From assembly GCA_016209525.1 (NCBI GenBank), contig JACQWK010000074.1, forward strand, positions 2,205 through 66,204: a stretch of DNA of 64,000 nucleotides, written 5' to 3'. Each line of letters opens with the position of its first letter. The first letter of the stretch is position 1. The notes beneath the pieces are model-generated. The model was not told where the DNA came from, did not search any database, and was given only the letters and a program-made list of their open reading frames with translations. Of this stretch, positions 45,029-55,736 are shown in pieces. A program made the position numbers and the translations under genes. The stretch comes from Verrucomicrobiota bacterium (GTDB lineage Bacteria; Verrucomicrobiota; Verrucomicrobiia; Limisphaerales; SIBE01).

Positions 45029-46123
45029 TTAGGCATCTTCGTCTTCCGGTGCATGGGCGAGGAAAGGCCTGAATTTTTTCTTGTCGAGGCACTTCTCGTA
45101 CGCTTCTTCCGGGGAAATCCGCTTCATCCGGACGTGTTCCATAATCGCGTCGTCCAGCGGTTGGTTGCCGAGCTTCTTGCCGACCTGGATCATCCCGGGA
45201 ATTTGGTGGGTCTTCCCTTCGCGAACCAAATTCGCGATGGCCGTCGTGAACACCAAAATCTCCAGCGCGGCGACCCGGCCTTTTTTGTCGATGCGCTTGA
45301 AGAGATTTTGCGCGACGACACCCCGCAGGGATTCCGAGAGTGTGGCGCGAATTTTGTTCTGCTGCTCGGCTGGAAACACGTCGATAATGCGATCGACCGT
45401 CTTGGCGGCGCTCTGGGTGTGAAGGGTTCCGAAGACAAGGTGGCCCGTACTGGCGGCCGTGAGCGCCAGCTCAATCGTCTCCAAGTCGCGAAGTTCGCCC
45501 ACGAGAATGATATCCGGGTCTTCGCGCAGCGCGCCGCGCAACGCCGAGGCGAACGAGCGGGTGTGAATGCCAACCTCGCGGTGGTTCACCAAGGAATTCT
45601 TGCTTTCGTGGACAAACTCGATTGGATCTTCGATCGTCAGAATGTGGTCCCGGCGGTTCTTGTTCGAGTAATCGATAATGGCCGCGAGGGTCGTGGATTT
45701 CCCTGAACCGGTCGGGCCGGTCACCACGACCAAGCCCTTATTGAGCATGGCAAACTTCTTCAGGACGGCCGGCAGCGGAGCATCGAACTTTTCAAAATCC
45801 TCGAAAGACAGGACTTTGGAGGGGATTTGCCGGAAGACGGCGGCCACGCCATTCTTTTGGTTGAAAAAGTTCGCGCGAAAACGGGAGACATTCGGAATTT
45901 CATAGCCAAAATCCACGTCCCCGGTTTCCTCGTACACTTTGATTTTGTATTCGGGAGCGATCTCGTAGAGCATCGCCTTCAGATTGTCGTTCTCCAGCGG
46001 GGGAAAGTCCACGCGGTGCAGTTCGCCGTTGATGCGGAGCATCGGCGGATTTCCGGAGGACAAATGAAGATCTGAAGCTTTCTGCTCGAACATCAGATTG
46101 AAGAAAGCGTCGATTTTGGCCAT
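45029..46123 (-). CDS. pilT: Type IV pilus retraction ATPase PilT
   Basis: GPTGSGKST, ALREDPDIILVGELRD, AIANLVRE. Confidence 0.95.
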   Translation of the reverse strand: MAKIDAFFNLMFEQKASDLHLSSGNPPMLRINGELHRVDFPPLENDNLKAMLYEIAPEYKIKVYEETGDVDFGYEIPNVSRFRANFFNQKNGVAAVFRQIPSKVLSFEDFEKFDAPLPAVLKKFAMLNKGLVVVTGPTGSGKSTTLAAIIDYSNKNRRDHILTIEDPIEFVHESKNSLVNHREVGIHTRSFASALRGALREDPDIILVGELRDLETIELALTAASTGHLVFGTLHTQSAAKTVDRIIDVFPAEQQNKIRATLSESLRGVVAQNLFKRIDKKGRVAALEILVFTTAIANLVREGKTHQIPGMIQVGKKLGNQPLDDAIMEHVRMKRISPEEAYEKCLDKKKFRPFLAHAPEDEDA

Positions 46124-46207
46124 ATGAGGACAGTTTCGTCGGGCTCTCTGTAGCAAACTGTCGCCCATACTGCAAGCCAATGAATGCGGGAATTCTCATC
46201 TTGAGTG

Positions 46208-46269
46208 TAACGCGGACATTCTTGTCCGCGATGTCCACGAAAATGCGCGGACAGGAGTGTCCGCGCTAC
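46208..46269. repeat. REP doublet
   Basis: GTAACGCGGACATTCTTGTCCGCG ... CGCGGACAGGAGTGTCCGCGCTAC inverted pair. Confidence 0.8.
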
Positions 46270-46310
46270 GATCGCAAACCGCGCCCGCTGTCGCAGCGCG
46301 AACTCCTGCA

Positions 46311-47480
46311 ATGAGCGAACTGGCTGAACTGGTCCGGCGGGAAATTCTCGAGCAAGGCCCCATCTCCTTTGCCCGCTTTATGGAGTTGGCGCTGTATTGT
46401 CCTCAACTCGGATACTACGAACGGCAGCCGGGGCGTGTTGGACGGAGCGGCGATTTTTACTCCAGCGTCAGTGTGGGGAGCCTTTTCGGGGAACTTCTCG
46501 CCTGCCAGTTTGTCGAATGGCTGGGACATCTTGGACGAGCGTTTCCGCCGGGAGAAAACGGCACTCATCAGCCCAGTGTTGCGGAATGCCGCTCCTTTCA
46601 GTCGCGGCCACTTCAGATTGTCGAGGCCGGCTCGCACGATGGCCGTCTGGCTTTGGACATATTGTCCTGGATGAGTGAGTACCGATCGGATGCGCTGCGG
46701 GAGCTGGAGTACTGGATTATCGAACCGTCTTCCGCCCGGCGCGCCTGGCAGCGCCAGACCCTGCGCGAATTCGAACGGCATGTTCAATGGTTTGAATCCT
46801 GGGAAACGATTTCGTCCGCTTCGGTTCAAGGCGTCATTTTCTGCAACGAGCTGTTGGATGCGTTCCCTGTTCGCCGCATCGGCTGGGACGCTCAGGCGCA
46901 CACGTGGTACGAATGGGGAGTGACCTGGACCAATGATCGCTTCGATTGGTGCCGAATTGATGAGCCGCACTCCCAAGACCTGCGTGGCGCTCCAACGGTC
47001 GTATGGCCGGAGCTTCCCGCCGAATTCCTCCGGATTCTGCCGGACGGCTTCACGACGGAAATCTCAGCCGCGGCGGAAACCTGGTGGCGGCAAGCCGCCG
47101 AAAAACTTGGCTGCGGATGGCTTCTGACGATTGATTATGGGCTTAGCGGCGACCAATTCTTCCTTCCGGAAAGAGCGCAGGGAACTTTGCGGGGCTATCA
47201 CGAGCATCACGTGACTTCGGATGTGTTGGCGCGGATCGGCGAACAGGACTTGACTAGTCACGTCAATTTCTCCGCCCTGCAGAATTGCGGCGAGCGCTTG
47301 GGCTTGCGGACCTGCAGCCTGGTTCCACAAGCCAAGTTTCTGGCCGAGATCGTGGCCAAGACTGAAGCGTCGCGGCTGCCCCTTGGCGCGTGGAATCCTC
47401 AACGCGTCCGGCAGTTTCAAACCCTCACGCACCCCGAACATTTGGGGCGGTCGTTTCAAGTGCTCGTGCAGTCGCGATGA
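46311..47480 (+). CDS. MidA/NDUFAF7-family SAM-dependent methyltransferase
   Basis: FARFMELALY..GYY, GDFYSS, NELLDAFP, IDYG, QDLTSHVNF. Confidence 0.92.
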   Translation: MSELAELVRREILEQGPISFARFMELALYCPQLGYYERQPGRVGRSGDFYSSVSVGSLFGELLACQFVEWLGHLGRAFPPGENGTHQPSVAECRSFQSRPLQIVEAGSHDGRLALDILSWMSEYRSDALRELEYWIIEPSSARRAWQRQTLREFERHVQWFESWETISSASVQGVIFCNELLDAFPVRRIGWDAQAHTWYEWGVTWTNDRFDWCRIDEPHSQDLRGAPTVVWPELPAEFLRILPDGFTTEISAAAETWWRQAAEKLGCGWLLTIDYGLSGDQFFLPERAQGTLRGYHEHHVTSDVLARIGEQDLTSHVNFSALQNCGERLGLRTCSLVPQAKFLAEIVAKTEASRLPLGAWNPQRVRQFQTLTHPEHLGRSFQVLVQSR

Positions 47481-47870
47481 GTTCAAATTGCTCTCCATGA
47501 ACCGACCCACCCCTGCACCCCTCCCAGGAGGGGAACCTGCGATTGGCGCACGCAACGTAGCTCCCCTCCTGGGCGGGGAAGGGGTGGGTTCATGGTCCCA
47601 ATGCGCGCCAAATTTGGCGTGGGGGCTTTCGATGAACATCCTGGTGGGGCGAGCCTCCTGTCGAGCCCTCGCATTATTTCAGGCAAAAAAGTCAGGACTC
47701 GACAGAGTCTCGCCCCACCGGTTTTGGTTGCGGCTTCGCCGCGGCGCGCTGCATCGCCGACTTGGAATTGGCAGGGCGCCGAACGCTCCGAGCGGCTCGG
47801 AAATGTCGAACCGGTGCAGCCTGCCAGCCTCACTTCGCCGGTTTGCGATTCAGGGATTCGGAGAGCCTAA

Positions 47871-49487
47871 TCAGACCGCATCCGCCCGGTTGGCGCCGTT
47901 CGAGGGTCCAGACGCCTCTTCCCGAAACGCCAGGGCGCCGGTGGGGCAGTGCTCAACACATTCTGCGGCCACCTTCTGGAGCCCTTCGGCGAAGGTCCGG
48001 TTGAGCGGCGCGCTGACACGCACATCAAAACCGCGATTGACGAAGGCCAGTCCAAGAGGTTCGCGTGCTTGTTCGGCCAGGCGAACGCAGATGCCGCAGA
48101 CGATGCATTTGCCGGGTTCGAAAATGACTCCGCCGGGCCGCAAGTGCTGTTCGAAGCGGCGGCGTTCGGCCCGGAAGTGGGCCGGGTTGGCTCCGTAAAG
48201 CGCGCCGTAATGCTGGAGTTTGCACTGGCCGGCGGCGCGGCAATCGCAGTGCAGGCACCGTTGAGCCTCCGCGCAGGCCTCGGTCTTGGTGTAGCCGCAG
48301 GCTAAACCGCACGAAGGAGACACGCGCGGATTCGGGCTCGGGCCGTTCAGAAAAAGCTTAAGTTCGTCAGCCTCCAATCGGCCCATGACGCTCGAAAATT
48401 CTTTGTCGGGTCGCTCAACTTTTTGGCGGAAGAGAAATCGGTGAATGCACGTGGCCGCGGCTTTGCCTTCGCTCATGGCGCGCGCGACCTGTTTCATCGG
48501 CTTCACGACACTGCCGGCGGCAAACACTTTGGCCGTTTGAGTTTGGTAAGAGTCCGGATCGGCTTTCACTCCGCTCCCTGCCCACACCAGTCCAAGCGCT
48601 ACGGCTTCGGATTTCTCCATTTCGCCCGTCGCCAAAAGCACGGCGTCATGGCGGCCCAGGAGATCCGCCAGTTCACTGGTTCCTAAGGAACATCCGAGGC
48701 GGAATCGAGCCCCCATTTTTTCGATCTGAGAAATCTCAGCCTCGAGGAATTCCCGAGGAAGCTCTTTTTCATCGGTTTGCCGGCGCAAAGTCCCGCCAGC
48801 AGTTTCATGGCGGTCGATCAGGGTGCAGGCGTGGCCTTCACGTAACAAGTGATACGCCGCGGTGAGGCCGGTCGGGCCGGCACCCACAATGGCGACGGAC
48901 TTGCCCGTGGCCGGCTGGCAAGGAGGCAAGTAGGGTTGCGCTGAATAGAGGTCGGTATCCGCCGCGAATCGCTCCAATTCCCGAATCGCAGCCGGGCTAT
49001 CCCAAGTCCCGCGCCGGCAACCGTTCTCACAAGGATGATGGCAAAGCCGGCCCAGCACCGCCGGCATGGCCAGCGCACTCTTGACGGTGGCGATCGCCTC
49101 TTTCGTTTGTCCGGCTTCAATCTGCCGGATCATCAACGGGATGTTCAGGTGCAACGGGCAAATTCGGTGACAAGGCGAAAGACAGTCTCCGGCGTGGTCG
49201 CTCAAGAGCAATTCCAATGCGGTTCGCCGGGCTTCACGAATCTCCTCGATTTCGGATTCGACTACCATGCCGGGTTGCGCTTTGGTTCCACACGAGGGCA
49301 CGACGCGGCTTTGGCCGTTGGGGCCATTAATTTTTACCAAGCAGGCGAGGCATGAAGTCATCGGTCCGCACTTTTCGACGTAACACAGAGTGGGAATGTC
49401 GATGCCCAGTTTGGTCGCGACCTGGAGAATGGTCTGGCCCGGGTGGACTTCCACTTCACGGCCATCGATGGCAAATTTGAAACTCAT
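47871..49487 (-). CDS. Fe-S flavoprotein: NuoG-like 2Fe-2S + GltD-like FAD domain + 2x4Fe-4S
   Basis: IPTLC..C..C, HAGDCLSPC..CP, GRLC..PCE..CRR, GAGPTG, CIVCGICV, CVEHCPTGAL. Confidence 0.9.
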   Translation of the reverse strand: MSFKFAIDGREVEVHPGQTILQVATKLGIDIPTLCYVEKCGPMTSCLACLVKINGPNGQSRVVPSCGTKAQPGMVVESEIEEIREARRTALELLLSDHAGDCLSPCHRICPLHLNIPLMIRQIEAGQTKEAIATVKSALAMPAVLGRLCHHPCENGCRRGTWDSPAAIRELERFAADTDLYSAQPYLPPCQPATGKSVAIVGAGPTGLTAAYHLLREGHACTLIDRHETAGGTLRRQTDEKELPREFLEAEISQIEKMGARFRLGCSLGTSELADLLGRHDAVLLATGEMEKSEAVALGLVWAGSGVKADPDSYQTQTAKVFAAGSVVKPMKQVARAMSEGKAAATCIHRFLFRQKVERPDKEFSSVMGRLEADELKLFLNGPSPNPRVSPSCGLACGYTKTEACAEAQRCLHCDCRAAGQCKLQHYGALYGANPAHFRAERRRFEQHLRPGGVIFEPGKCIVCGICVRLAEQAREPLGLAFVNRGFDVRVSAPLNRTFAEGLQKVAAECVEHCPTGALAFREEASGPSNGANRADAV

Positions 49488-49732
49488 GGCTGAACCTCAA
49501 GTCCGTGAGCTGCCGTGGCGGAGGCGGCTTTTCCCCTCACCCCGGCCCTCTCCCGGCGGAAGAGGGTTAGGGGCCTCTAGGGTTGAATTAGGGATAGCCG
49601 GAAGTTTCTTACGCTTGATCGTGCTCTCACTCCTACTCCGCAACTCCCTTGAGAGATTACGATTAGGAGTAGGAGTAAGAGCACGATGTGATCGGAATTG
49701 GTTTTTCAGATCCGTCCTGAGTTCGTGCACAT

Positions 49733-52087
49733 TCACTTTACCTCAATCGCTTGATGCGGACAGACCACCCGGCACGTGTCACATCGGGTGCAAAGGTCCT
49801 GGTTGATCTGATGTCGTTGATACGGCGCCATCGGAATCGCGTTAACCGGACAGTGCTGGGCGCAGATCGTGCAACCGGTGCACTCTTCAGTCACCTGGTA
49901 CTGGATCAGAGTCCGGCAGCGCCGGGCAGGGCATCGGCCTTGCAGGTGCCCCTCATATTCTTCGCGGAAATAGCGCAAGGTCGTGAGGACCGGATTGGGC
50001 GCGGTTTTGCCCAAACCGCAGAGGCTCCCCTGGCCGACTTGCTTGGAGAGCCGTTCGAGTTCTGGCAGGTCTTGCTTCTGGCCCTTGCCCGCGCAGAGCC
50101 GATCCAGAATGTCCAACATGCGGCGGGTACCAATTCGGCAGAAGGTGCATTTGCCGCACGACTGATTCTGGGTGAACTCCAGGAAGTAGCGCGCGATATC
50201 GACCATGCAATCCGCATCATCCATCACCACCAACCCGCCCGAGCCCATGATCGCGCCGACTTCCCGGAGCGATTCGTAATCCACCGGCGTATCGGCCAAG
50301 CGCGCCGGGATGCATCCTCCTGACGGCCCGCCGATCTGCACCGCCTTGAACCGATGTCCAGCGGCCGCCCCTCCGCCGATCTCTTCGACGATTTCACGAA
50401 TGGTCGTGCCCATCGGCACCTCGATCAAACCTCCCCGGCGAATCTTGCCGGCGAGGGCAAATACTTTGGTTCCTTTGCTCGTCCGTGTGCCCAAAGCGCT
50501 GAACGCCTCCGCACCGTGGCGGATGATCCAAGGCACCAATGCCAGCGTCTCGACGTTGTTGATCACGGTCGGTTTTCCCCAAAGACCGGCCTCAGCGGGA
50601 AACGGAGGTCGAAGCCGTGGCATGCCTCGCTGTCCTTCCACCGAAGCAATCAGCGCAGTCTCTTCTCCGCAGACAAATGCGCCGGCTCCTTCTTTAATCG
50701 TGAGTCGCAGCGGATAATCGGCGCCGAGCAAACGATCGCCCAGCCAGCCTCGCCTCTGACAGGCTTCGATGGCCGAGCGAACGCGCCGAACCGCGAGCGG
50801 ATATTCGCGCCGGATGTAAAAGATGCCTTCGTGCGCGCCCACTGCAAGGGCCGAGATCGCCAGGCCTTCGATGACGCGAAACGGGAAGGATTCCAGAATC
50901 ATCCGGTCCATGAAGGCGCCGGGATCGCCCTCGTCGCCGTTGCAAATCACGTATTTGGTCTCGCCGGACTGCGCGCGCGCGTAACGCCATTTTTGTCCGG
51001 TTGGAAAACCGGCGCCGCCGCGTCCTCGCAACCCTGAACGCTCGATCGTTTCGATTGTTTGCTCAGGCGACAGATTCTCCAGACAACGGCGCAACGCGGC
51101 GAAACCGTCATGCGCCAGGTATTCGTCGAGGTCGAGAGGATCCAATTTGCCGAAGTGCTCGGTCGCGATTCGCACTTGGCGCCCGAGAAACGCTTTGACG
51201 GTGGTGTCCCGGAGGTTGAGCGCGTAGCGATTGACTTCGGATTTCGTGCCATCCAAGAGCAAGCCGTCCAGGGCCCGGTTGCAGAGGCCGGACAGGCGGT
51301 GAATCAGTCCGCGGGGCCGGAAGTGCCGTTGAATGATCCAACTGGCTTGACCGGCGCCTAATCCGGCATAAAGCGTGGCGGGCTTTCCGGAAGCGGCGAC
51401 TTCAATCATAGGGGTGCGATGACACATGCCGACGCAGCCGACACGTTTCACGTCGATATGGGCGCCCGTCTTCTGGGCCTGCTGCTGGAGGGCTCGAAAC
51501 AGGCGGTCGCTCCCTTTGGCCATGCAACAGGAGCCGAGGCCGACATGAATCACCGCCTTCCCATTGCCGGCGCGTTTCTGGCCGTCTCCGACCTTCTCCG
51601 GGGCGCACTCCTGTTCGCTGGCGAGGAGGAAGTCGCGAATGATCGACGGCACCTTCTGGGCGGTGACATGCCCGAAGGTGGTTTTTTCCATGCGCACCAC
51701 CGGGGCGAGCGTGCAACAGCCGATACAGGCCACTGGCTCGATGGTGAATTGGCGGTCCGGATCGGTTTCGTCGCCGGCGGGAATCCGCAAACGCTGGCGC
51801 AGCGCGTCCTCAATTCGTTCGGCGCCCGCCACGTGGCAAGCTGTGCCTCGGCAGACATGGACGATGAATCTCCCGACGGGTTTGTGGCGGAACATGTCGT
51901 AGAAGGTCGCCACGCCGCTGATCGAGGCCGGAGTGATTTGGGTCGTGCTGCAAACGCGCTCCAGAGCTTCCGCGGGCAAGTAACCGTAGTGCTCCTGAAG
52001 TGCTTGCAGGATTGGAATGACGGAATCCGGCGTGGAGCCGATTTGCTGCACGGCCTGATCGACGAAGGTGAGATCAACTTTTTCCAT
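49733..52087 (-). CDS. NuoE-NuoF (HydC-HydB-like) fusion diaphorase with C-terminal ferredoxin
   Basis: CRGTACH, CIGCC, GLRGRGGAGFPTG, NGDEGDPG, CGEETAL, SCGKCTFCR, two CxxCxxCxxxCP. Confidence 0.92.
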   Translation of the reverse strand: MEKVDLTFVDQAVQQIGSTPDSVIPILQALQEHYGYLPAEALERVCSTTQITPASISGVATFYDMFRHKPVGRFIVHVCRGTACHVAGAERIEDALRQRLRIPAGDETDPDRQFTIEPVACIGCCTLAPVVRMEKTTFGHVTAQKVPSIIRDFLLASEQECAPEKVGDGQKRAGNGKAVIHVGLGSCCMAKGSDRLFRALQQQAQKTGAHIDVKRVGCVGMCHRTPMIEVAASGKPATLYAGLGAGQASWIIQRHFRPRGLIHRLSGLCNRALDGLLLDGTKSEVNRYALNLRDTTVKAFLGRQVRIATEHFGKLDPLDLDEYLAHDGFAALRRCLENLSPEQTIETIERSGLRGRGGAGFPTGQKWRYARAQSGETKYVICNGDEGDPGAFMDRMILESFPFRVIEGLAISALAVGAHEGIFYIRREYPLAVRRVRSAIEACQRRGWLGDRLLGADYPLRLTIKEGAGAFVCGEETALIASVEGQRGMPRLRPPFPAEAGLWGKPTVINNVETLALVPWIIRHGAEAFSALGTRTSKGTKVFALAGKIRRGGLIEVPMGTTIREIVEEIGGGAAAGHRFKAVQIGGPSGGCIPARLADTPVDYESLREVGAIMGSGGLVVMDDADCMVDIARYFLEFTQNQSCGKCTFCRIGTRRMLDILDRLCAGKGQKQDLPELERLSKQVGQGSLCGLGKTAPNPVLTTLRYFREEYEGHLQGRCPARRCRTLIQYQVTEECTGCTICAQHCPVNAIPMAPYQRHQINQDLCTRCDTCRVVCPHQAIEVK

Positions 52088-54338
52088 GGCCTGCTGCGGG
52101 GGACTCGAATCGAGCGCCGGGCGTGCACTCGGCCGTAGCGCAGATTTTCAATCTGCTGTCTCGCCGATTTGGTATCGGCAGAACGTCGAATCGGCTCAGA
52201 GTTCTGGAACTTGGCAGTGTGCCACTGAGTTGAGTTCCGCGTTCCAGCGCAGCGTGGCGAAGCCGCAAGCAAAACGGAGCGCGGCTGTGGTCGGAGACCC
52301 AGCCGCAGCACGTCGGAATTGTCGGCCCGCTGCGGCTGGTGCTGCGCACACAGCCGCGCTCCGGACAATTTGCGCGCGTGGCAACGATTCCGGGCGACGC
52401 CAATCGACCGAAGTCGAGCAGTCCTGGTCTCCCCACTCGCTGCGATACGTTCTCCTTCTCCCCTTGGGAGAGGGCCGGGGTGAGGGGAAAGGCAGCATCC
52501 TTAAACCGGGCCTGGGAGGCTCGTGCGCGGACTTGGTTGGCCACCTTCGGCTCTTTTGTACCAATGCAGTAAAGATTCCGGGCCGTGCGCAGATACATGC
52601 GCCCATTGGAAAATCCCGGACTGGCCACAATGGGCTCGCCCATTTCAAACCGAACCAGTTGGTTAAACTGGCGGCTCGTCTCCACTACGACGACGGTTCC
52701 TTTCATCCCAAACAGATACAATCGATTTCCGGCGATGCTCGGCGACGCTTGGAACTCGGTCTCGAAGTCGTGCTCCCATTGCTTCTTTCCGTCCTTGATG
52801 TCGAGACATGTCAATACGCCGTGAGTCGCCAAAGTGAAAACAAGTTCGCCATTGCTGGCCGGACAGGTGATGTCTGGGACGTTCTCCTCGGCCGACCAAG
52901 CAAGATGAGTCTTGGTCACATCGCCTCGGCCATCGGGACGAATCGCCATCAGCTTCTCCATCGGGCTGATGGCGAGCACGAAGCCGCCGGCGAAGATCGG
53001 CGAAGGAGTGATCTCGCCGTTCAGACATTCCGCGCGCCATAGTTCGGTGCCGTCACTCGCCGCGTAGGCGATCAGCCAAGGCACACCCAGCGTGATGATT
53101 TGGGCTTTGTCCGCAGCTTGAATCACGATGGGTGTCGCCCACGAACTGGGCACAGGGCGCTGGCGCTGCCAAAGAATGCGTCCCGTAGGGCCCTCGAACG
53201 CATAGAGGCGCGATCTTCGTTCTTCGGCTTCACCTTGGTCCAGTTGGACGATGAGCTTCCCTTCCCAGGTGAGGAGCGAAGAAGCGTGGCCGTAAGCGTT
53301 CTTCGGGAAACCCAAACTTTTCGTCCACACCGTTTTGCCCGCAAAATCCAGCGCCACCAGATCGCCTGTGCTAAAAATGGCATACGCGCGTTTGCCGTCG
53401 GACGCCATCGTGGCGGCCGCGTATCCGGCTTGGAGCGGCGTGTCGGGCATTTCGCTAGGCTCGCCCGGCTTTCGTTCAATGGCTCGTTCCCACAGAAGAT
53501 CGCCGTTGACGGCGTTCAAACAAATCACGGCACACTTGTTTGAATCGCCGCTGGAAAGAAACACGCGGTCGTTCCAGATCACCGGCGAACTGAACCCCGT
53601 CCCGGGAACCGCGGCCTTCCAGAGGATGCCGCTCCCGGTGTTTGTTTCCCACGTTGGAGGAAGGTTGGTTTGTATCGACCCGCCGCTCCCATCGGCACCT
53701 CGGAAGCGCGGCCAGTTGGCTTGCATTTCTTCCAGGGAAGGCGCATCCACAGCGGCCGCGTCGGAGGTGGAGGCAGCGGCCCCCGTGAATTTGGCGAGAT
53801 CGGCCGGGTGATGTGGAATCGTCGAGGACGCCGTCATGGCAAGAGCAAGGAACGTCACCAGCACCAGACTTCCCGCAGCCGCGACCGACCAGCGCTGACC
53901 AGGGACACCGGTCGCCGATTCTCCTGATCCTTCAGGTCTGGGCTGCGGCAAGGGAAGTTTGCGATGGAACGTCGCGGCCAACTTGGCGGCGAAGAGAAAA
54001 ACAACCGCGCCACACCAAAGCAGGCTGCTTCCCGTGGCCGACAGAGCTAATCGTTTGAAATAGCGCTCCCGGAGCTCAAGGTCCAAAACGCGAATCTGAT
54101 TCTTGAGCGGCTCGTCCTGGGGGGATGCACGCAGCTTCACCTTGAAGTTTTCGATCTCCGGCGATTTCCAAGTGGCGTTGGCGCTCGCAAAGATTCGCTG
54201 GCCGATCAAGGTGGCGGACACGATCAGGCAAAACAGACCGGAGATCACCGCGATGGCTCTCGCGGACCGATAGAAGGCAAGGTCGCGAGCAGTTCGGATC
54301 GCGCCGGCTACGGGCAATATGTTGCTGTGAAATTTCAA
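52074..54338 (-). CDS. Membrane-anchored PQQ-like (BamB-type) beta-propeller protein; start uncertain, last ~155 codons run through REP DNA
   Basis: WPRFRG, GFSSP, repeated G..W motifs ending NLYCIG near 52555. Confidence 0.85.
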   Translation of the reverse strand: MKFHSNILPVAGAIRTARDLAFYRSARAIAVISGLFCLIVSATLIGQRIFASANATWKSPEIENFKVKLRASPQDEPLKNQIRVLDLELRERYFKRLALSATGSSLLWCGAVVFLFAAKLAATFHRKLPLPQPRPEGSGESATGVPGQRWSVAAAGSLVLVTFLALAMTASSTIPHHPADLAKFTGAAASTSDAAAVDAPSLEEMQANWPRFRGADGSGGSIQTNLPPTWETNTGSGILWKAAVPGTGFSSPVIWNDRVFLSSGDSNKCAVICLNAVNGDLLWERAIERKPGEPSEMPDTPLQAGYAAATMASDGKRAYAIFSTGDLVALDFAGKTVWTKSLGFPKNAYGHASSLLTWEGKLIVQLDQGEAEERRSRLYAFEGPTGRILWQRQRPVPSSWATPIVIQAADKAQIITLGVPWLIAYAASDGTELWRAECLNGEITPSPIFAGGFVLAISPMEKLMAIRPDGRGDVTKTHLAWSAEENVPDITCPASNGELVFTLATHGVLTCLDIKDGKKQWEHDFETEFQASPSIAGNRLYLFGMKGTVVVVETSRQFNQLVRFEMGEPIVASPGFSNGRMYLRTARNLYCIGTKEPKVANQVRARASQARFKDAAFPLTPALSQGEKENVSQRVGRPGLLDFGRLASPGIVATRANCPERGCVRSTSRSGPTIPTCCGWVSDHSRAPFCLRLRHAALERGTQLSGTLPSSRTLSRFDVLPIPNRRDSRLKICATAECTPGARFESPAAGHGKS

Positions 54339-55732
54339 ATTTGAGATTTGAGATTCATAGACTGAGGCTCCGGGTTTTGCGCCGGGAGAACCAGAGGCGC
54401 CAAGCCCAGCCGCGATCGTTCGTTCGGACAGGAGGAAAAACAGCGGGCGCAAGCGAAGCAACTTGCACGATTGGGTTCGTAGTTGGTCCGGTTGCGCCGA
54501 ACCGATAAGCCGATGAGTTTGACGGCCACCACCAATCCGATCCATCCGCCGAGCCACCATCCGCCTGTTTGGAATTTCCGCCGGACGGAGAGCGCGTTCT
54601 CGAGCAGTTCCTTTGCGTTTTGCTCCGCCCGCCGCATCGAGAGGCTTTCGGCGGTCTGGAGACTCAAGTCAATCCGTGCCGCCGACGGAGCGGTGAAGCG
54701 TTCCGCGAGAGCGACCGTCGGACTAAGCTGCGAGGCCGCCAGGCTTAATTGCGAACCAATCCATCCACCCAGCAGGACCAACACGGGCAGGAGAAAGACA
54801 AATCCGGCCAGTCGCTTGCGCTCGCCACGAAGAGCTTCCCATTGGCCTTGCGCGGAAGTCGGCTCCTCGATAGCGCCAAACGGACAGGACTCCTCGCAGA
54901 GCCGGCAGCGAGTGCAGGAATCGGGCGTCACCGTCACCCGCCATTTTGACACACTGCCCGCAAGCCGCAGCAGAGCGCCGTACGGGCATAGAAACCGGCA
55001 GTAGGGCCGCCCAACAACGGTCGCCAACAAGAGGAAGGCCGCGCCAAGGAGCAGCATTCCGTGGCTGCCGCTCAGTCGAAACAGCGGCACGAACGGATCG
55101 TACTCACAAATAACAAAGGCACTTCCGGTCGCCGCGAACAGTACGGCTGCGCCCAGATATACAAACGGCATGACGCCTAAGCCTTGCTCCAGCCAAGAGG
55201 GAACCTTGAGCGGCTTCAAGAGCATGAGGTCCTGGATCGCGCCATGGGGACAGACCGCAGCGCAGAACGTCCGACCTGCGAAAAGGGCGACCGCTAACGG
55301 CGCGATGAAGAACAGTGTGACCGCTATCGGGACGGCGTAGGAAGAATCGAACAACGCAGTCGCGACATTCTGAATCGAGCCGATGGCGCACACGCAGCCC
55401 TTCCGATAAAAGCCGAAATAGGCCAGCGAGAAAATCGACAGCGCCAACACACCGTTCCGAGACCGTTTTTTGAGCACCAGATACGATGCCAGGGCCAGCG
55501 CGCCCAATAACACTCCCACGTCGAGGTACTGCATGACAATCGTTCGCGGCAAAGGTGTCTGAGCCACCGGCAGTTTGTAGCCGCTTTCGAATTCGGGCGG
55601 TGGGAAGCGTTGTTCGCCGAAGGCAGCGAAAGTGAACGCCAAGGCAACCAAGGCAAAAGCCTTCCGGAGGAGGCAAAGCCCTACCCCGTAGAGTCCGCGC
55701 GTTGTTCGAGAGGTTTGAAGGCAGCGGCGCAT
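54335..55732 (-). CDS. Membrane polyferredoxin (NapH/MauN-like 4Fe-4S binding)
   Basis: GRTFCAAVCPHG, RPYCRFLCPYG, CTRCRLCEESCP, CFACARCFSSCP; many TM helices. Confidence 0.9.
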   Translation of the reverse strand: MRRCLQTSRTTRGLYGVGLCLLRKAFALVALAFTFAAFGEQRFPPPEFESGYKLPVAQTPLPRTIVMQYLDVGVLLGALALASYLVLKKRSRNGVLALSIFSLAYFGFYRKGCVCAIGSIQNVATALFDSSYAVPIAVTLFFIAPLAVALFAGRTFCAAVCPHGAIQDLMLLKPLKVPSWLEQGLGVMPFVYLGAAVLFAATGSAFVICEYDPFVPLFRLSGSHGMLLLGAAFLLLATVVGRPYCRFLCPYGALLRLAGSVSKWRVTVTPDSCTRCRLCEESCPFGAIEEPTSAQGQWEALRGERKRLAGFVFLLPVLVLLGGWIGSQLSLAASQLSPTVALAERFTAPSAARIDLSLQTAESLSMRRAEQNAKELLENALSVRRKFQTGGWWLGGWIGLVVAVKLIGLSVRRNRTNYEPNRASCFACARCFSSCPNERSRLGLAPLVLPAQNPEPQSMNLKSQI

Positions 55733-55736
55733 CTTT